Part shown: in pieces, positions 1 to 13,390 of the stretch
Position numbering within the stretch: position 1 is the first letter of the stretch
Layout of the letters: every line of letters starts with the position of its first letter
Source: Octopus sinensis
Lineage: Eukaryota
DNA: 64,000 nucleotides
Assembly (NCBI RefSeq): GCF_006345805.1
Contig: NC_043007.1
Span: 30,070,001 to 30,134,000 of the forward strand
Direction of reading: 5' to 3'
The notes under the pieces: model-generated
Databases searched by the model: none
What the model was told of the DNA's origin: nothing
Seen by the model: the letters and a program-made list of their open reading frames with translations, nothing else
Made by a program: the position numbers and the translations under genes

Positions 1-385
1 GCTTTCTAATTGATGTATCAATACCGGCTGATGACAACGTGTCTCTAAAAGAAATGGAGAAACTCTCAAAATACAAAGACCTGGAAATAGAGGTAACCAG
101 AATGTGGAATCTGAAAACAGAAACAATTCCTATCATAGTAGGTGCATTAGGCATGATAAAAAAATATTCAGACAAATACATAACAAAAACACCAGGACTT
201 ACAAACACATATAACATACAGAAAATTGCACTACTAGGCACTGCAACACATCCTACGCAGAACACTTTCCATACAATAACCATCAGAGCATCACAACAAA
301 TCACAGCACATACCCAAGGCACACAGAGCTGCGCTCGGTAGTGAAGTGAAAGCACGCTATAAAAATAAAAATAAAACTACTGAAT
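1..385 (+). mobile_element. 3' end of R4/Dong-type (restriction-like endonuclease) non-LTR retrotransposon
   Basis: ORF 39-341 (KYKDLEIEVTRMW...PIIVGALG...IQKIALLGTA) is the REL-endonuclease C-terminus. It is near-identical to the reverse complement of 52690-53050. Confidence 0.85.
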
Positions 386-448
386 GATAATAATAATAAC
401 ATTGAAAACTACCTTAGGAATGAAAACCCAGGTTCGAAATTTCCCGAA

Positions 449-494
449 GACATCTGATGAAGGCTGGAGGGTGTATCAGCCGAAACGTTGTGTT
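449..494 (+). ncRNA. Minimal type I hammerhead ribozyme motif in a Penelope-like terminal fragment (about 390-575)
   Basis: CTGATGA (454-460), stem II GGCTG/CAGCC, GAAAC (482-486), palindromic ACGT stem III, GUU triplet, stem I GACAT/GTGTT. Confidence 0.65.
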
Positions 495-1867
495 AACAAC
501 AAACAAGATGAGGACAAATATCCGTCAAATATAAATAATGTAAATAATGTACATTATTCCTCATCTCTTAAATATGGTACTGTATTATCGGGTTGATTTA
601 TTCTACCGAACCCTTCTGGCGGTGCTCCAGCATGGCCACCGTTTAATGACCGAAACAAGTCAAAGAGAACAGAATTCTAAGATTAGCAGAAGCTTACGAA
701 TTTCGCGGGAGGAATTCTTGTCAATGCTATCGATGACAGTCTTTGAGTGGCCCTTATTTATTGACCCCCACAAGAATGAAAGACTAAGTCAAGCAAGATT
801 TGACTTCAGAACGTTTTGTAATTAAATACCAAGAGGTATTTCTTTTTCATCCGCCTCTGTTGATGCGGTCATGCTATGATAAAGAAACATGATACAAAGA
901 CTGGTTGGCGCACAAGTCGCTCGATGGAATCTGAAATAAAAGCTTTAATAAAAAGAAAATAGTAAGAAATTTTTTTCTTTTTTATTATTTTGGAACTTGG
1001 GAATTACTATGAACTAATTGAAGAATATAACATCCTGGAAATGCCTTCCATTTTCAGCTTCAAAGAGTGGAACTCCTTCAAAGCATTGTACCATGACAAG
1101 TCAGAATCTTTTTGGCTCCAAAAATCTAAATTTTTTGTCGAATATTATTATTTATCCTTTCATGGAATGGTTATTTCCTTTTCTTTTATCAACACATAAA
1201 CAAAAAGAATGCTATCAAAATCCATTTTAAGATTATTTTAAGTTTAAATATCAAAAATGACTTTTGCTTCACCTTCTATAAATTAAAATATAGATTATTG
1301 ATCTTTGCTTCTAATTGATGTTGTTTAACCCAAGTTTGTCATGATCAAAATCTATAAATAATTCTGTTCTTTCTTTAAATGTTAGGGTATATTCGGGGGA
1401 ATTTAGCTGCCGGTCAACTACATACAGGATCTCTCATCGGTTGCAGTGTGAAAATGCATACAGTTAATGTGTCCTGTTAAGGGAAAGTTGGCGACTGATA
1501 TTAAAACAAGACAGGTTTTTGTTTTTTACGATTACCCATTGTGTATCAATTGCAGTTGATTGGAAATGTAACAGACGAAATATATTCGCAATTGAAATTT
1601 GCAGTGATGACATATCGTTACACAAGAAACATCATTTATTAGAGATGAGTGAAAGGCTGAGGCAGATCAAATAGAAAAGTATGGCTAATAACCGATGATA
1701 TGGGCTGCAGTCCAACGACTGGAACAAATAAAAGATAATAGATGGATCAGGTTAGAAACGGAAGTTTGTAAAATATAGCCACACACACATACGAATATAT
1801 GCACACACACATTCACACACATATATTATAAATAGAAATGTATGTGTTTGTGTGTGTGTGTGTGTGT

Positions 1868-1907
<40 letters not shown>

Positions 1908-2235
1908 GCGCTTGTGCATGTGTGCGTATGAGGGTATATAGGTTCTGAAATTGTGCGGAAGCATTTGTCTGTTCCACACTAATTTTCAGGTGTGTGTATG
2001 TAATGACTCGGTTTTATGTGTGCTGTGTTTTATAGTTTGAAAAGCTGCATACATGCACATACAGGCTCATACGTATGTGTGTATGTATATGAGTATGTAT
2101 GTATATACTTATGTATATGTGTATTATGAATGTATATAAATGTATGCATGTTATGCTCGTATGCATTTATATGTGTCAATGTATTTATGTATGTTTGTAT
2201 GCATGCAAGTTTCTATGTGTCTTGTATATGTATGC

Positions 2236-2277
<42 letters not shown>

Positions 2278-2537
2278 CTGTGCATATATGTGTGTAAATT
2301 TGTATGTAATGCATGTAAATATGAATGTATGCATGCGCGTCTACATGTATGTATATGCATGTACATATGTATGTATGTGTGTGTACATGTATGTGTGTGT
2401 GCATGTATGTATGTATGTATGTATGTATGTATGCATGTATGTATGTATAACTGGACACCAGCCGGTGCGAACTCTGTGATGTGGAATCTAATGGTGATAA
2501 TGGATCAGTTACTATGCTATAAACACGCAAACACACA

Positions 2538-2610
<73 letters not shown>

Positions 2611-3160
2611 ACACTCACACAGACACACCTCAAAATTATATATATATGCATTATATATACACACCGCAAACACAAACTTAATGACGCATTATATATTTTA
2701 TAATTTCTATCCCAGACTGTTAGAAAAGTTATTTTTGATTTTTCAAAGCCGCTGCCCCCACCGAACGCTGCCTTCATCTTCGCCATATCTACCGACCTCA
2801 TGGATTTCCTTATATTAAAGATGCCGAACTACCTTATTGCCACATTGAGCAGCGAAGCGTGGAAATTTGGACAATTCCGTTCTTGTTTCGAAATTGTTCA
2901 AAACTTTCTTTGTTTTCTTCTTCCGCTTTCTTTTCCTGCCTTTTTTTTTTTTTCGTTTGTTGTCTTTATAATCCCTGAGGTGATGACAGTAAAATCATAA
3001 TAATAATAATAATAACAATAATAATAATAATAATAAAATAATAACAACAACAACAACAACAATAGTAATGGTCTCTAACATAGGTACAACACACACACAC
3101 ACGCACGTACACATACGCACAAACACAAGCGTGTTTGCATATATGTGTGTGTGTATGTGC

Positions 3161-3202
<42 letters not shown>

Positions 3203-3363
3203 CCTTATATACACACTTATATACATGCATATATTATATATACAAATGTATGTATAAATATATATAGGATGTATATTTTTTATACATACATATATACACC
3301 AGTACACACAACACTCACATACACGCATACACACACACACACACGCACACACACACACACACA

Positions 3364-3405
<42 letters not shown>

Positions 3406-3848
3406 TATATATATATACGTACGTAAATCCAGGCATAGAACAACAACAACAACAACAACAACAGCACTGATCTGAAGAAATATAAATTAACAATAATAAT
3501 ATTTTTAATGGAGTCCATGATGGTGGCGGCGGCGGGGGTGGGGGGGAGAGGCAGTGCCTAATGGCTCATTGTTAAAATAATGTCTTTACTCAGCATATAG
3601 CGACTGTCCACTCATCTGTAATGGCCGACTGGATAATAACAGCGATATATATATATGATTTTACAAGAATATCGAATATAAAAATGTATATATATGTGTA
3701 TAGTAAAGAAGAAAAGGAGAGAATAGGAAAGAAATATGGCGGTTGTTGTGGTGGTTGTGTGTGAAAAGCTGTTTGATTTAAATAACAAGGCCACTACACG
3801 TGTTCAAACTCCGTCTAAAGACGCATCAACACCGACCCTCACACAAGC

Positions 3849-3881
<33 letters not shown>

Positions 3882-4061
3882 TGCACGTGCGCACATAGCC
3901 ATGTTTTGTATATAAATAAATGCATATATATATAAACATATAAACATATACTTACATGCATACGTACATACATACATACATACAGACAAATATAGTTTGT
4001 TAAAGAAATGTGCTCGCCGTACATATATATGGTGTGTATGTATATATATATATATATATAT

Positions 4062-4115
<54 letters not shown>

Positions 4116-4795
4116 GTATATATATATATATGTATGTATATATATATATGTATATATATATGTATGTATATATATATATGTATATGTATGAATATATATA
4201 TATATATATATGTGTGTATGCATATATATATATATGTATGTATATATATGTATATATATCTATATATATATCTATATGTATGTATATAATGTTGGATATC
4301 CTTAACGCAGTAACGTTTTGTATATTTTTTATTCAATGAAATAACTTAATTTTTAATTTTTTAAATTGCAATTCACACCCCCCTGCGTGAATATATATGT
4401 ATGTACATGTACACATGTGTATATTTATATATATATATATATACACACATATATGCATATATTCACATATGTATATCTGTATACATTTTTAAGTACGTAT
4501 AAATATGCATATATGTGTGTATGTCGTGCAGGCGTATGTGTGTGTATATATATATATTCACATACAGACATACAAACTTTCGGATAAACATACATTCATA
4601 TAATAAATACATTCCCTTTGGCATATATATATATATCTGCACACAGATATATACACATACATACATACAAACACACACATACACACACACGCATGCATAA
4701 GACATACATACAAACACACATACATGCATACATACACACACACGTACATACATACTTACATACACACACACGTACATACATACTTACATACATAC

Positions 4796-4826
<31 letters not shown>

Positions 4827-5014
4827 CATACATACATACATACATACATACACACATACATACATATCTGCATACCTGACTTCCTTCTAGAAGAGAAGAC
4901 CGTTCTTCTATGTTCCTCTATTGGCATCGTTACATATCTTTTGATTTATAAAATCTTTTGCTTACTTTTGAAATAGAGCTATGAAAATATCAGAAGGGCA
5001 TACACCAAGGAGCG

Positions 5015-5075
<61 letters not shown>

Positions 5076-5335
5076 CGGCATACGTATACAGGCTCATATA
5101 TATATGCATGTAGCCAACCATGTATAAATGTTCGCATGTCTAGACATGGTTTTAGAGAAAATAAAGGAAACACCTCCTTTTATTTAACTATTATTTTTCT
5201 ATTGGCCATTTGCCAAATCCAAATCTCTTTTACTCTCTCCGCGTGGGTTCCTGTGCATTGTGCATCCTTGCACTTTATGATATCGCCAATCTGTTTTGCT
5301 ATTTTGTGGGATTTGTATTTAAATAGCTTAAAATA

Positions 5336-6170
5336 CGTGACTTATTTGGTTTCCAAAGAGGACAGATTGTTGCAGCGCGGATGGTTGGAGCTTCAGTCTC
5401 TAAATCTGCTGAATTGCTTACTGTTCCGAGAAGTGAAGTCTTTAAAATCATGTGGGTATTCCAAAACCAGGGTAGAACCAGTTCCGGGAAGCGTAATTCT
5501 GGACGGAAAGCAGACGCCATTGAGGGACGGCAGAAGAGTGAATGCATTGCGTCTGAAAAGCGATCGAACAACAGCAGCGAAGGTGACAGATGGGCCAAAG
5601 CACCGTCTTACAGGGCGTCGAACTGGCAGAAACGTTAGCACGCTGGACGAAATGCTTAGTGGTATTTCGTCTGCCGTTACGTTCTGAATTCAAATTCCAC
5701 TGAGGTCGACTTTACCTTTCATCCTTTCGGGATCAATAAATAAAGTACCAGTTTCGCACCAGTAATCGACTTAATCCCTTTGTCTGTCCTTGTTTGTCCC
5801 TTCTGTGTTTAGCCCCTTGTGGGCAGTAAAGAAATAGGTAAAGCACCATCTTGCTGCTCCTGTGTGAAACTAAAGAGTTCGTTGTGAGCCCCATAAAGCT
5901 AGACAAGATGGGAGCATTCCAACTGGTAAACCTCTTCTGTCTCTCATCAACATTAGGAAAGCAGAATAAATGGTGTTTAGACTCTCAGAACAGACCACTG
6001 GCTCAATGGAATAATGTCATGTCTGATTAATCATCTTTCTCCCTTTCTTTCATTCCGCGGCGAGATTATGTCTGGAGATATATCAAAGAAGCCTTGAATC
6101 CAGACGGTTTGGTCCTTTCCATGAACCGTGGAGGTGACTTTGTGATGATTTGGGCAGCCATATACATTTC
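5336..6170 (+). mobile_element. Degenerate Tc1-like transposase, interrupted by a SINE
   Basis: FQRGQIVAARMVGASVSKSAELL...GRTSSGKRNSGRK (N-terminal HTH region), RTTAAKVT, then after the SINE W..VM.SD*SSF...YVWR...NRGGDFVMIWAAI (catalytic-domain start). Contains frameshifts and stops. Confidence 0.8.
5617..5840 (+). mobile_element. tRNA-derived SINE (dominant family A)
   Basis: Matches the window consensus ctggcagaaacgttagcacg...gttctgagttcaaattcc...aaagaaataggta, which is present more than 10 times in the window. Confidence 0.8.
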
Positions 6171-6190
6171 TCTTGGTGCTTATGTTGTAC

Positions 6191-6531
6191 TAGTTAGTTA
6201 GTTAGTTAGTTAGTTAATTTGGCTCAAAAGCAAATAGCAAGGCCATGTAGGGGGACATGGAGTTAAGTACAGGGTGGTGTTCATGTAAAGAGTTCAGGCC
6301 ACTTGAGGTCAAGGGAGGCTTTGAACAAAGCGGTCGTCGGCATCTTCACCATCTCGTCTGGCAGCTTGTTCCACGGATCCGCAACCCGGACGGAGAAAGC
6401 TCCTCTCCTTCGATTGAGATGAAATGTCGCAGGTAGAGCTTTTCGGAATGACCCCGCAGCCGACGCTCTGGAGCAGGAGTGAAGAACAGCTCTTTCGAGA
6501 GGTTACACTTTCCGCTTATGATGTTGTGGGC
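6191..6531 (-). mobile_element. CR1-like LINE 3' end with (TAAC)n tail
   Basis: Near-identical to 48096-48430 and 62951-63280, and ends in the same tetranucleotide tail. Confidence 0.85.
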
Positions 6532-7049
6532 TATATAACAAAATTAACGCTAAGGATTATCTGAGTATTTTTGCTGATCCCGACCATCCTTTGTGTGTTG
6601 TGGGTTTATTCCTCTTACACTTAATAATGGCATTAAATTCCGCTGTCCGGCGGCACAAACCCTTTATGCTTTCCCCAACTATCGTCAGCAATCCGGGTTA
6701 CTTATCATTAATTATTCTAATGCTACTTGCTCTTCTCAGCTTTTCTTAATATCCGGGCCTGGTCCAAAGCCAGGATCTTTTTAGGGGCTCGCACCAAATA
6801 AGTAAAACACAACTCAAAGAAAAATGTATTATATTTATAGACAGAAGACCGTTAGTGACCCCCGGAAAGGGGCTTAAGGCTGCATGCGGCCCTAAGAGCT
6901 GTAGCTGAGAACCACTGCATTAGGTACTCGTTATTAACTAATATTTGTTTTATTTATGAGTCTTCTTTATTTAAAGCTTTGACGAAAATGTGTAGGATCG
7001 TCTTAGAAAGCTGTTCCCTCATCTCCTTGTTTTTTCTCCTTCTTCTTTT

Positions 7050-8162
7050 GTGTTGGATGAGATGTGAAAGAGTTAGAAGGGTTAGAAGGAGTGGAAGGAA
7101 GAGATGGAATCATTACAGCAGGCGAAAATGATATACAGAATGAGGAGGAGGACGAGGAGGAGGAGGAGAAAGCCGGAATGAAGTGATTAAAGCAGAGAAT
7201 AATAATATAGTAGAGTGGGAGGAACCAGAAGTGAGAGGAGGATGAGGAAGAGGAGGAGGCGAGGGAATGAAGTGATTAAAGCAGGGGGAAAAATCATTAA
7301 AGCAGACGACAGCGTTACAAAGAAGTCGGAGAGGAGAGATATAGGGAAGAAGAAAAGAGAAAGAAAGGGAGAGAGAATAAGAGGAAGAGTGTGAGGTGGA
7401 GTAAAGTTCAATGAAATAAAAAGGGTGGGAGGACGAAAAGAGACAAAGAAAAGGAAAGGATAGAGAGGGGGAAATGGGGAGGGGGAGTAGAGAGGGAAAC
7501 ATTAATGAAGGGAGAGGGAGGAGGTGAAAAGGAAAAGGAAATTAACGGACGAAGATAAAGAAATGGAGGATTGGAAAGAGAAGGGTGAAGGGAGAGGAGG
7601 GAGAGAGAGAGATGAAGTATTGTGGGTGGAGGGAAGAGTGGGAGAAAGACGACAAAGGAAACAAAGGAGGGAAGAGTAAGAAGGTGGAGGGAGAAGGGGA
7701 GGAGGATGTGGTGGAGGAGGAAGAGAAAGACTTTCGGGTTTTAGCAGAAGGGACATAAATGGACGACAAGAAACAATGAAGTCTGTAAACAAAGAAAGGA
7801 GGAGAGATAGAAAAAGAGAAAGAAGGAAGCATTAGTGATGAAGAAGAAGAGGAAAAGGAGGAGGAGGAGGAAAAAAAGGAGAAGAAGAAGAAGAAGAAGA
7901 AGAAGAAGAAGAAGAGGACGGGGAGGACGGGGAGGAGGTTTTGGAGGAAGAGGGGTAAAAGAAAATAACGACGCAAGGGTAGAAGTGAGAGGGATGAGGT
8001 AGAGTAAGAGAATGGAGTAAGAGAAGGGAGAAGAAGAGGGAGAAGAAGAGGGATAGAGTGAAAGAGAGAGGGAGGGAGGGAGAGAAAGAAAGGTTTGAGG
8101 TTTTAGTTGAGGGTTGAATAGATATAAGAAAGAAGGGAGCAGAAAAGACAAGAGAGAAGGCG

Positions 8163-8202
<40 letters not shown>

Positions 8203-8450
8203 GGAGAGAGAATGACACGTGAAGAAATAGTAGTAGGAGGAAGAGTGAGAAGAAGCAGAAGCAGCAGAAAGAGAAAAGAAGAAAATGCTTGGGCTGGAAG
8301 GGGAGTAGAAAAGACAAGAGAGAAGGCGAGAGAGAGATAAGGGAGAAGAAGAGGGATAGAGTGAAAGAGAGGGGGGAGGGAGGGAGAGAAGGAGAAAGGA
8401 AGGAAGCTAGAGAGAGAGGTGGGTAAAGCAAGGTAAAAGGTGGTCACAGA
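7050..8450. repeat. Long GA-rich polypurine low-complexity tract with internal duplications
   Basis: The + strand is dominated by G and A. The blocks agaagaagagggatagagtgaaagaga and agaaaagacaagagagaaggcgag each occur twice. Confidence 0.85.
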
Positions 8451-8759
8451 TTCATGAAAGCAGACGACCAGGTTTTATGAAGGTGTTTAATGAAGGGAAA
8501 ATATCATTTAATGTCTTCATTTCTGAATGTCGAAGTTGAAATATAACAACAATGGAGAACGGGAAATGTCTTTTAAGAACTTTGCCAGTTGTTTTTCTGT
8601 GACAAAATTGTTCTCAACATTTCGAAATGAAGTAGGTTTTGCCAGAAGAGAAGAAAATGTCAAAGGAATGTTAAAATGGCCAGGAGGGAGTCAGTGTGTG
8701 TGTGTGTGTTGTGTGTGTGTGCTGCGTATTGTATGTGCGTGAGTTGGCGTACTTATATA

Positions 8760-8826
<67 letters not shown>

Positions 8827-10619
8827 ATCTATATATAATATTATATATACATATATATATATATATAACATATATATGTACATATATATATATGTATATG
8901 TATAAGTATACGTATGTATGCATGTATGCATGTATATATGAATGTATGTATGTGTTGGTGTGTAGAATGTGTGAGACAGAGAGAGAGACTTTTATATGTG
9001 AAGGGGGCAATGAGAGAAATTGAAAAATTCCTGTTGTAAATAAAGTTAAGAGAAAGGAAGGACAGTTAAATTGGTTGGAAATATTGGTGCGGTGGGAGTT
9101 GGGAGTTAGTGCGGTGGGGTTTTGGGGGAGAGAAATACAGAGGGAAAGAAAGAAAGAAAGCAGAGAGAAGAAGAAGAAGAAGAAGAAGAAGAAGAAGGAG
9201 GAGGAGGAGGAAAAGAAGAAGAAGAAGAAGAAGAAGAAGATGGGATAATGATGACAATGATGATAAAGATGAGGATGATGACGACGGTGATGATGATGAG
9301 GACTGAAAGGAGAACATGTGTCCCTAAACTGCAGAGACCCTCCGAGACTGATGTCGACGATTTGGTTAGGGTTCCTGTTCAGTTGTTGCATGTTGAGGTC
9401 TGCGAGAAAACCAAGGACAGAGTAATCCAGGGGACTTGACGTGCAGGGGAGAAAGGACTGGCTGTAATGGTATTAGAATTGGTATGGTGAACGGACAGAA
9501 TAGGAATGGCAAAAAGACACGAGACGAGAGAAGCAGGTGTTTCTGAGGTGAGAAGACTTATTTCGCATGGAGGATTTGAAATCATTGATGGCGTGGAGGA
9601 AAAAGCGGAGACAGGGGTCAGCAAGTTTGAGGGCCAAGTATTGGAAGGGTTTGGTGAGCAACTTCAAGCCAATTTGTGCCTTTTAGGGAATGTGGTCTCA
9701 GAGGTTTGTTGTGGCAGCACCGTTCCAAATGGTATTCCCTGTTGTACTCAATTGTAGGTGTCACTAGTAGTTGGTTCTTTATAAGATAAGCCATGACGGA
9801 ACACACAATTTACTTTTCCCATAGGACATTATTTTCTGGATGTAGAACATAAGCTGTGGGATTCATTGAGAAATACCGCACGACGTTTAGGTCTTCTAAA
9901 TCCTGTTGTTAAGCCATTGGAATCTCTGGCCCCTTCTTCTTCTTCTTCTTCTTCTTCTTCTTCTTCTTCTTCTTCTTCTTCTTCTTCTTCTTCTTCTTCT
10001 TCTCCTCTTCCTCCTCCCCTTCCTCCTCCTCCTCCTCCTCCTCTTCATCTACCTCCGTTTTCTTTTTGTCTTTCTCAAAAAATCTCAGCCCTGACCTACA
10101 ACAATAGTAGATTTAGCGAAATCACAGCATTATTTTTTTTACCTCTTTGAGGCCTCCAACCTTTTCACAACAACACAGACCACGCGAAACACAATATTCA
10201 AATCAAAATCGTCTCAAGAACGCGTAAGGAGCCCAGATTCGTGTTGCAGCATGTAACTTGCGATACCCCCAGAACACTACTATAGCAAAAAGCTGGCAGA
10301 ATCGGTAACGTGCAGAGCAAAATGCTTTGCAGCTCTTCGCCAGTTTTCACGTTCTGGGTTCACATTCGGCCGAGGTTGACTTTGCCTTTCATCTTTTCAG
10401 CTTCTTCCTAGAATCTAAAACTAGAAGACGGGTCGAGGAAGTTGCTTTAGCATTTGTGAGGTTAAGTTGGAAAGTCTGGGAGATCAGTAAGATAATGAGG
10501 CAGACCACAGTTGCGATCTCAGCTCCTGCTTCCTTGGCAGAGAGCTGGTCGGCTGTGAGACCCGGAGACAAGAACAATATCTGAATACCTTCCACTTTCG
10601 CAGTCTGTGCATCAGCTGA

Positions 10620-10860
10620 GCCGTCTGGGTTATCATGGATAAATAAAGATCTGGGATATTAAATGAACTGACCTGGTCACCAACAAGGAGGTTCTGGACT
10701 GCGCTTCGATAGCCAGCATCTTCATCGTACTACAACTGCGACATCTCCGTTGACTGAGTAACGTACATCGTATGTTAGATGAACGGATTCAGAAAGACAT
10801 GCTGCAGAAGGAGATGGCTTCCGGAGACAGAGCACAACGGTGGAGGTCTGAATCTGTTTC
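10620..10860 (+). mobile_element. Degenerate RTE-clade LINE C-terminal remnant
   Basis: Translates to ...VTNKEVLDCASIAS...LRHLR*LSNVHRMLDERIQKDML..E.MASGDR, resembling the RTE motif VTN.EVL...LRWLGHV.RM.D.RIPK..LYGEL..G.R. Confidence 0.6.
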
Positions 10861-11468
10861 GGAACACTCATGAGGTGACAGAACCCTGGAAGGTGGGAGG
10901 ACATTGCAAGGGATCGCTTCCATTGGAGCCTGTAAGTAGGAAGAACTTTAGGAAGAGGTGAAGAATTTGAGGCTTGGTGTTAAAGGAAAGGATACTCGAA
11001 AAAAAAAAAAAGGACAGCACCAGAACGACACAGATATGCCAACCGGGACTATCACTCCTGTATGGACCCCGAATGGTTCCGTAGATGCCGTTCCACGAAT
11101 CAAATTAAACCAAAATTTCCCAGGATCTCACAAGACTAACTTTATACACAAACACAACCATATTGTTGTTGCTGCTGCTGCTGTTGTTGTTGTTGTTGTT
11201 GTTGTGTTGTTCTCGCTGCCGTTGCTTCCGATGTTCTTTTGGTGGTCTTCACAGTCCGGCCAACATCGGTGAGTTCCAGGTGCAAAATGGCGTCTGGCGG
11301 ATCTATGACCAAAGAGGCCTTCCATCAGTGACCATCCAACTTTATTTAAGACAGCAGGGCAGCAGGATTTAAGGGAGATTCGACTCTTCTTTAACAGCAA
11401 AGATCGAGAAACCGGGTTCAGGTTTCTGCGTTTCGGTCGATGTAAATACAATGACAACAGTGACAGTA

Positions 11469-11534
<66 letters not shown>

Positions 11535-11954
11535 TAGTAGTAGTAGTAGTTGTTGTTGTTGCTGACAGCAATCAGTCAAAGTTGCTGTTTAATTACAACC
11601 ACCAGAAACAATGAGAAAAATGTGTAGAGTCGACACACAGACAGACAGAGAGGCAGTATGGCCAAGGTGTGTCCCCCAACGGCACCATGGCTACCTTCTC
11701 GGCTCTCCTGACACCAGACAGACATAGCCGAAGGGACGCAGTGCAACGGCACAGCGTGGCAAGAAGGTGTAGGGGGGGCAGAGGGGGTGGAGGGAAGGGG
11801 CCGATGTGGAGCAGTCTGTGTGCACCGACATGCATATACACGCGCAGCGAACCGTGAATGTCGTCACTCGAGCGTGATTTACGTATCGCGCAAACACATA
11901 CATGCATACATATACAAACATATCGTGCGCGTATGTGTGTGTGTGTGTGTCTGT

Positions 11955-11998
<44 letters not shown>

Positions 11999-12401
11999 TT
12001 TGTGTCTGTGTGTATATATATTATACACACACACACATGTGTGTGTAGGGAAGAGGACACAGACAGATAGATAGGTTTAACCCCTACACTAAACGCATTG
12101 TTTTCCAGTAGCAAATTAGTGACGTCAGCAGTGAGGGAAATATTAATTGGTAATTAGTGACTTAGAGAATATGGGTTGGGCGGTGTTGAAACAGAGAGAG
12201 AGAGAGAGAGAGGGAGGGAGATTGGTGGTGAATGGTCGTGGAAGGTGGTGGTGATTGTGTAGAGGGCGGAGCCGATGGTTGTGGTGGTAATTCGTCGGTA
12301 ACTTGGGCCAAAGAAACGTTATTAAAATTTGATGTAAAGAGAGAAAGCTTGATAAATAAATAAATAAACACATAACCGGATAAAAAAAACTACTGCAATA
12401 A

Positions 12402-12442
<41 letters not shown>

Positions 12443-12453
12443 TAATAATCATC

Positions 12454-12490
<37 letters not shown>

Positions 12491-12590
12491 CAACAACAAC
12501 AACAACAACAACAATAATAATAATAAAAACAACAACAACAACAACAACAACAATAATAATAATAATAACAACAACAACAACAACAACAAC

Positions 12591-12628
<38 letters not shown>

Positions 12629-13344
12629 TAGTGAGAATCCTAAAACAAATTAGGCACAGAGAAAAATTAAACGAAATAAAATCTAAAAAGAAATATAAAA
12701 TAATAAATATATAAATATATGAATATAAATATATCTTCTCCCGCACCACCCCCGTCCTTGGTCACCACCCAGACACTATCATCATCATCATCACCATCAT
12801 CATCACCATTTTGTCTCTCGCTCGTCCTCAACTCTAATCACCACTCGAACTCGCCATCCACCCTACCGTCTTCCACCAGTAAAGTAGCACCAGAGGCAAT
12901 TTCAGGCAAACTAACGAAGAATCGACACAAACAATCCAAAATCCTGGTTTTCTTAATAAACCAACGACGAATGAATTTTATTTTTTCTCTTTTTTTTTGT
13001 CTGTTGCGAGTTCCCCTTCTTTATTTGTTTGTTTATTTCACCGAGACGCCATTTTCGTTAACAGAAATAAAAGAAAAAAAGAAATAAGGAATAAGAAGAG
13101 GGAGAGAAAACAAACAAACCAACAAACAGACAGCCAAGCAAATGGCTGGTCCGCCTGTTGTTTACAATGGCAGCAGTTTCCATTCTTTAAATCCATCGCT
13201 TCGTTATTTTGGCCGTGGGACAATAAAACCAAATTTACGCGCTTCTATTAGAGAATACAACTGAATGCTTAACTCTTAATCTTAAATTTCCATTCATCCA
13301 TTTCTTTCTTCCTTCCTTTCTTTCACTCTCTCCTTCTTTCTCCT

Positions 13345-13390
<46 letters not shown>

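Noticed and set aside
2749-2900. Peptide NAAFIFAISTDLMDFLILKMPNYLIATLSSEAWKFGQFRSC resembling class A GPCR TM2-ECL1-TM3
   Set aside because: The D-to-P and W-to-C spacings are each off from the canonical pattern, and I found no other TM exons or a donor. Probably coincidence; an HMM search would settle it.
11255-11372. EFQVQNGVWRIYDQRG resembling a beta/gamma-crystallin motif
   Set aside because: It is a single short motif followed by a stop, lacking the Y/FxGxxxxL continuation.
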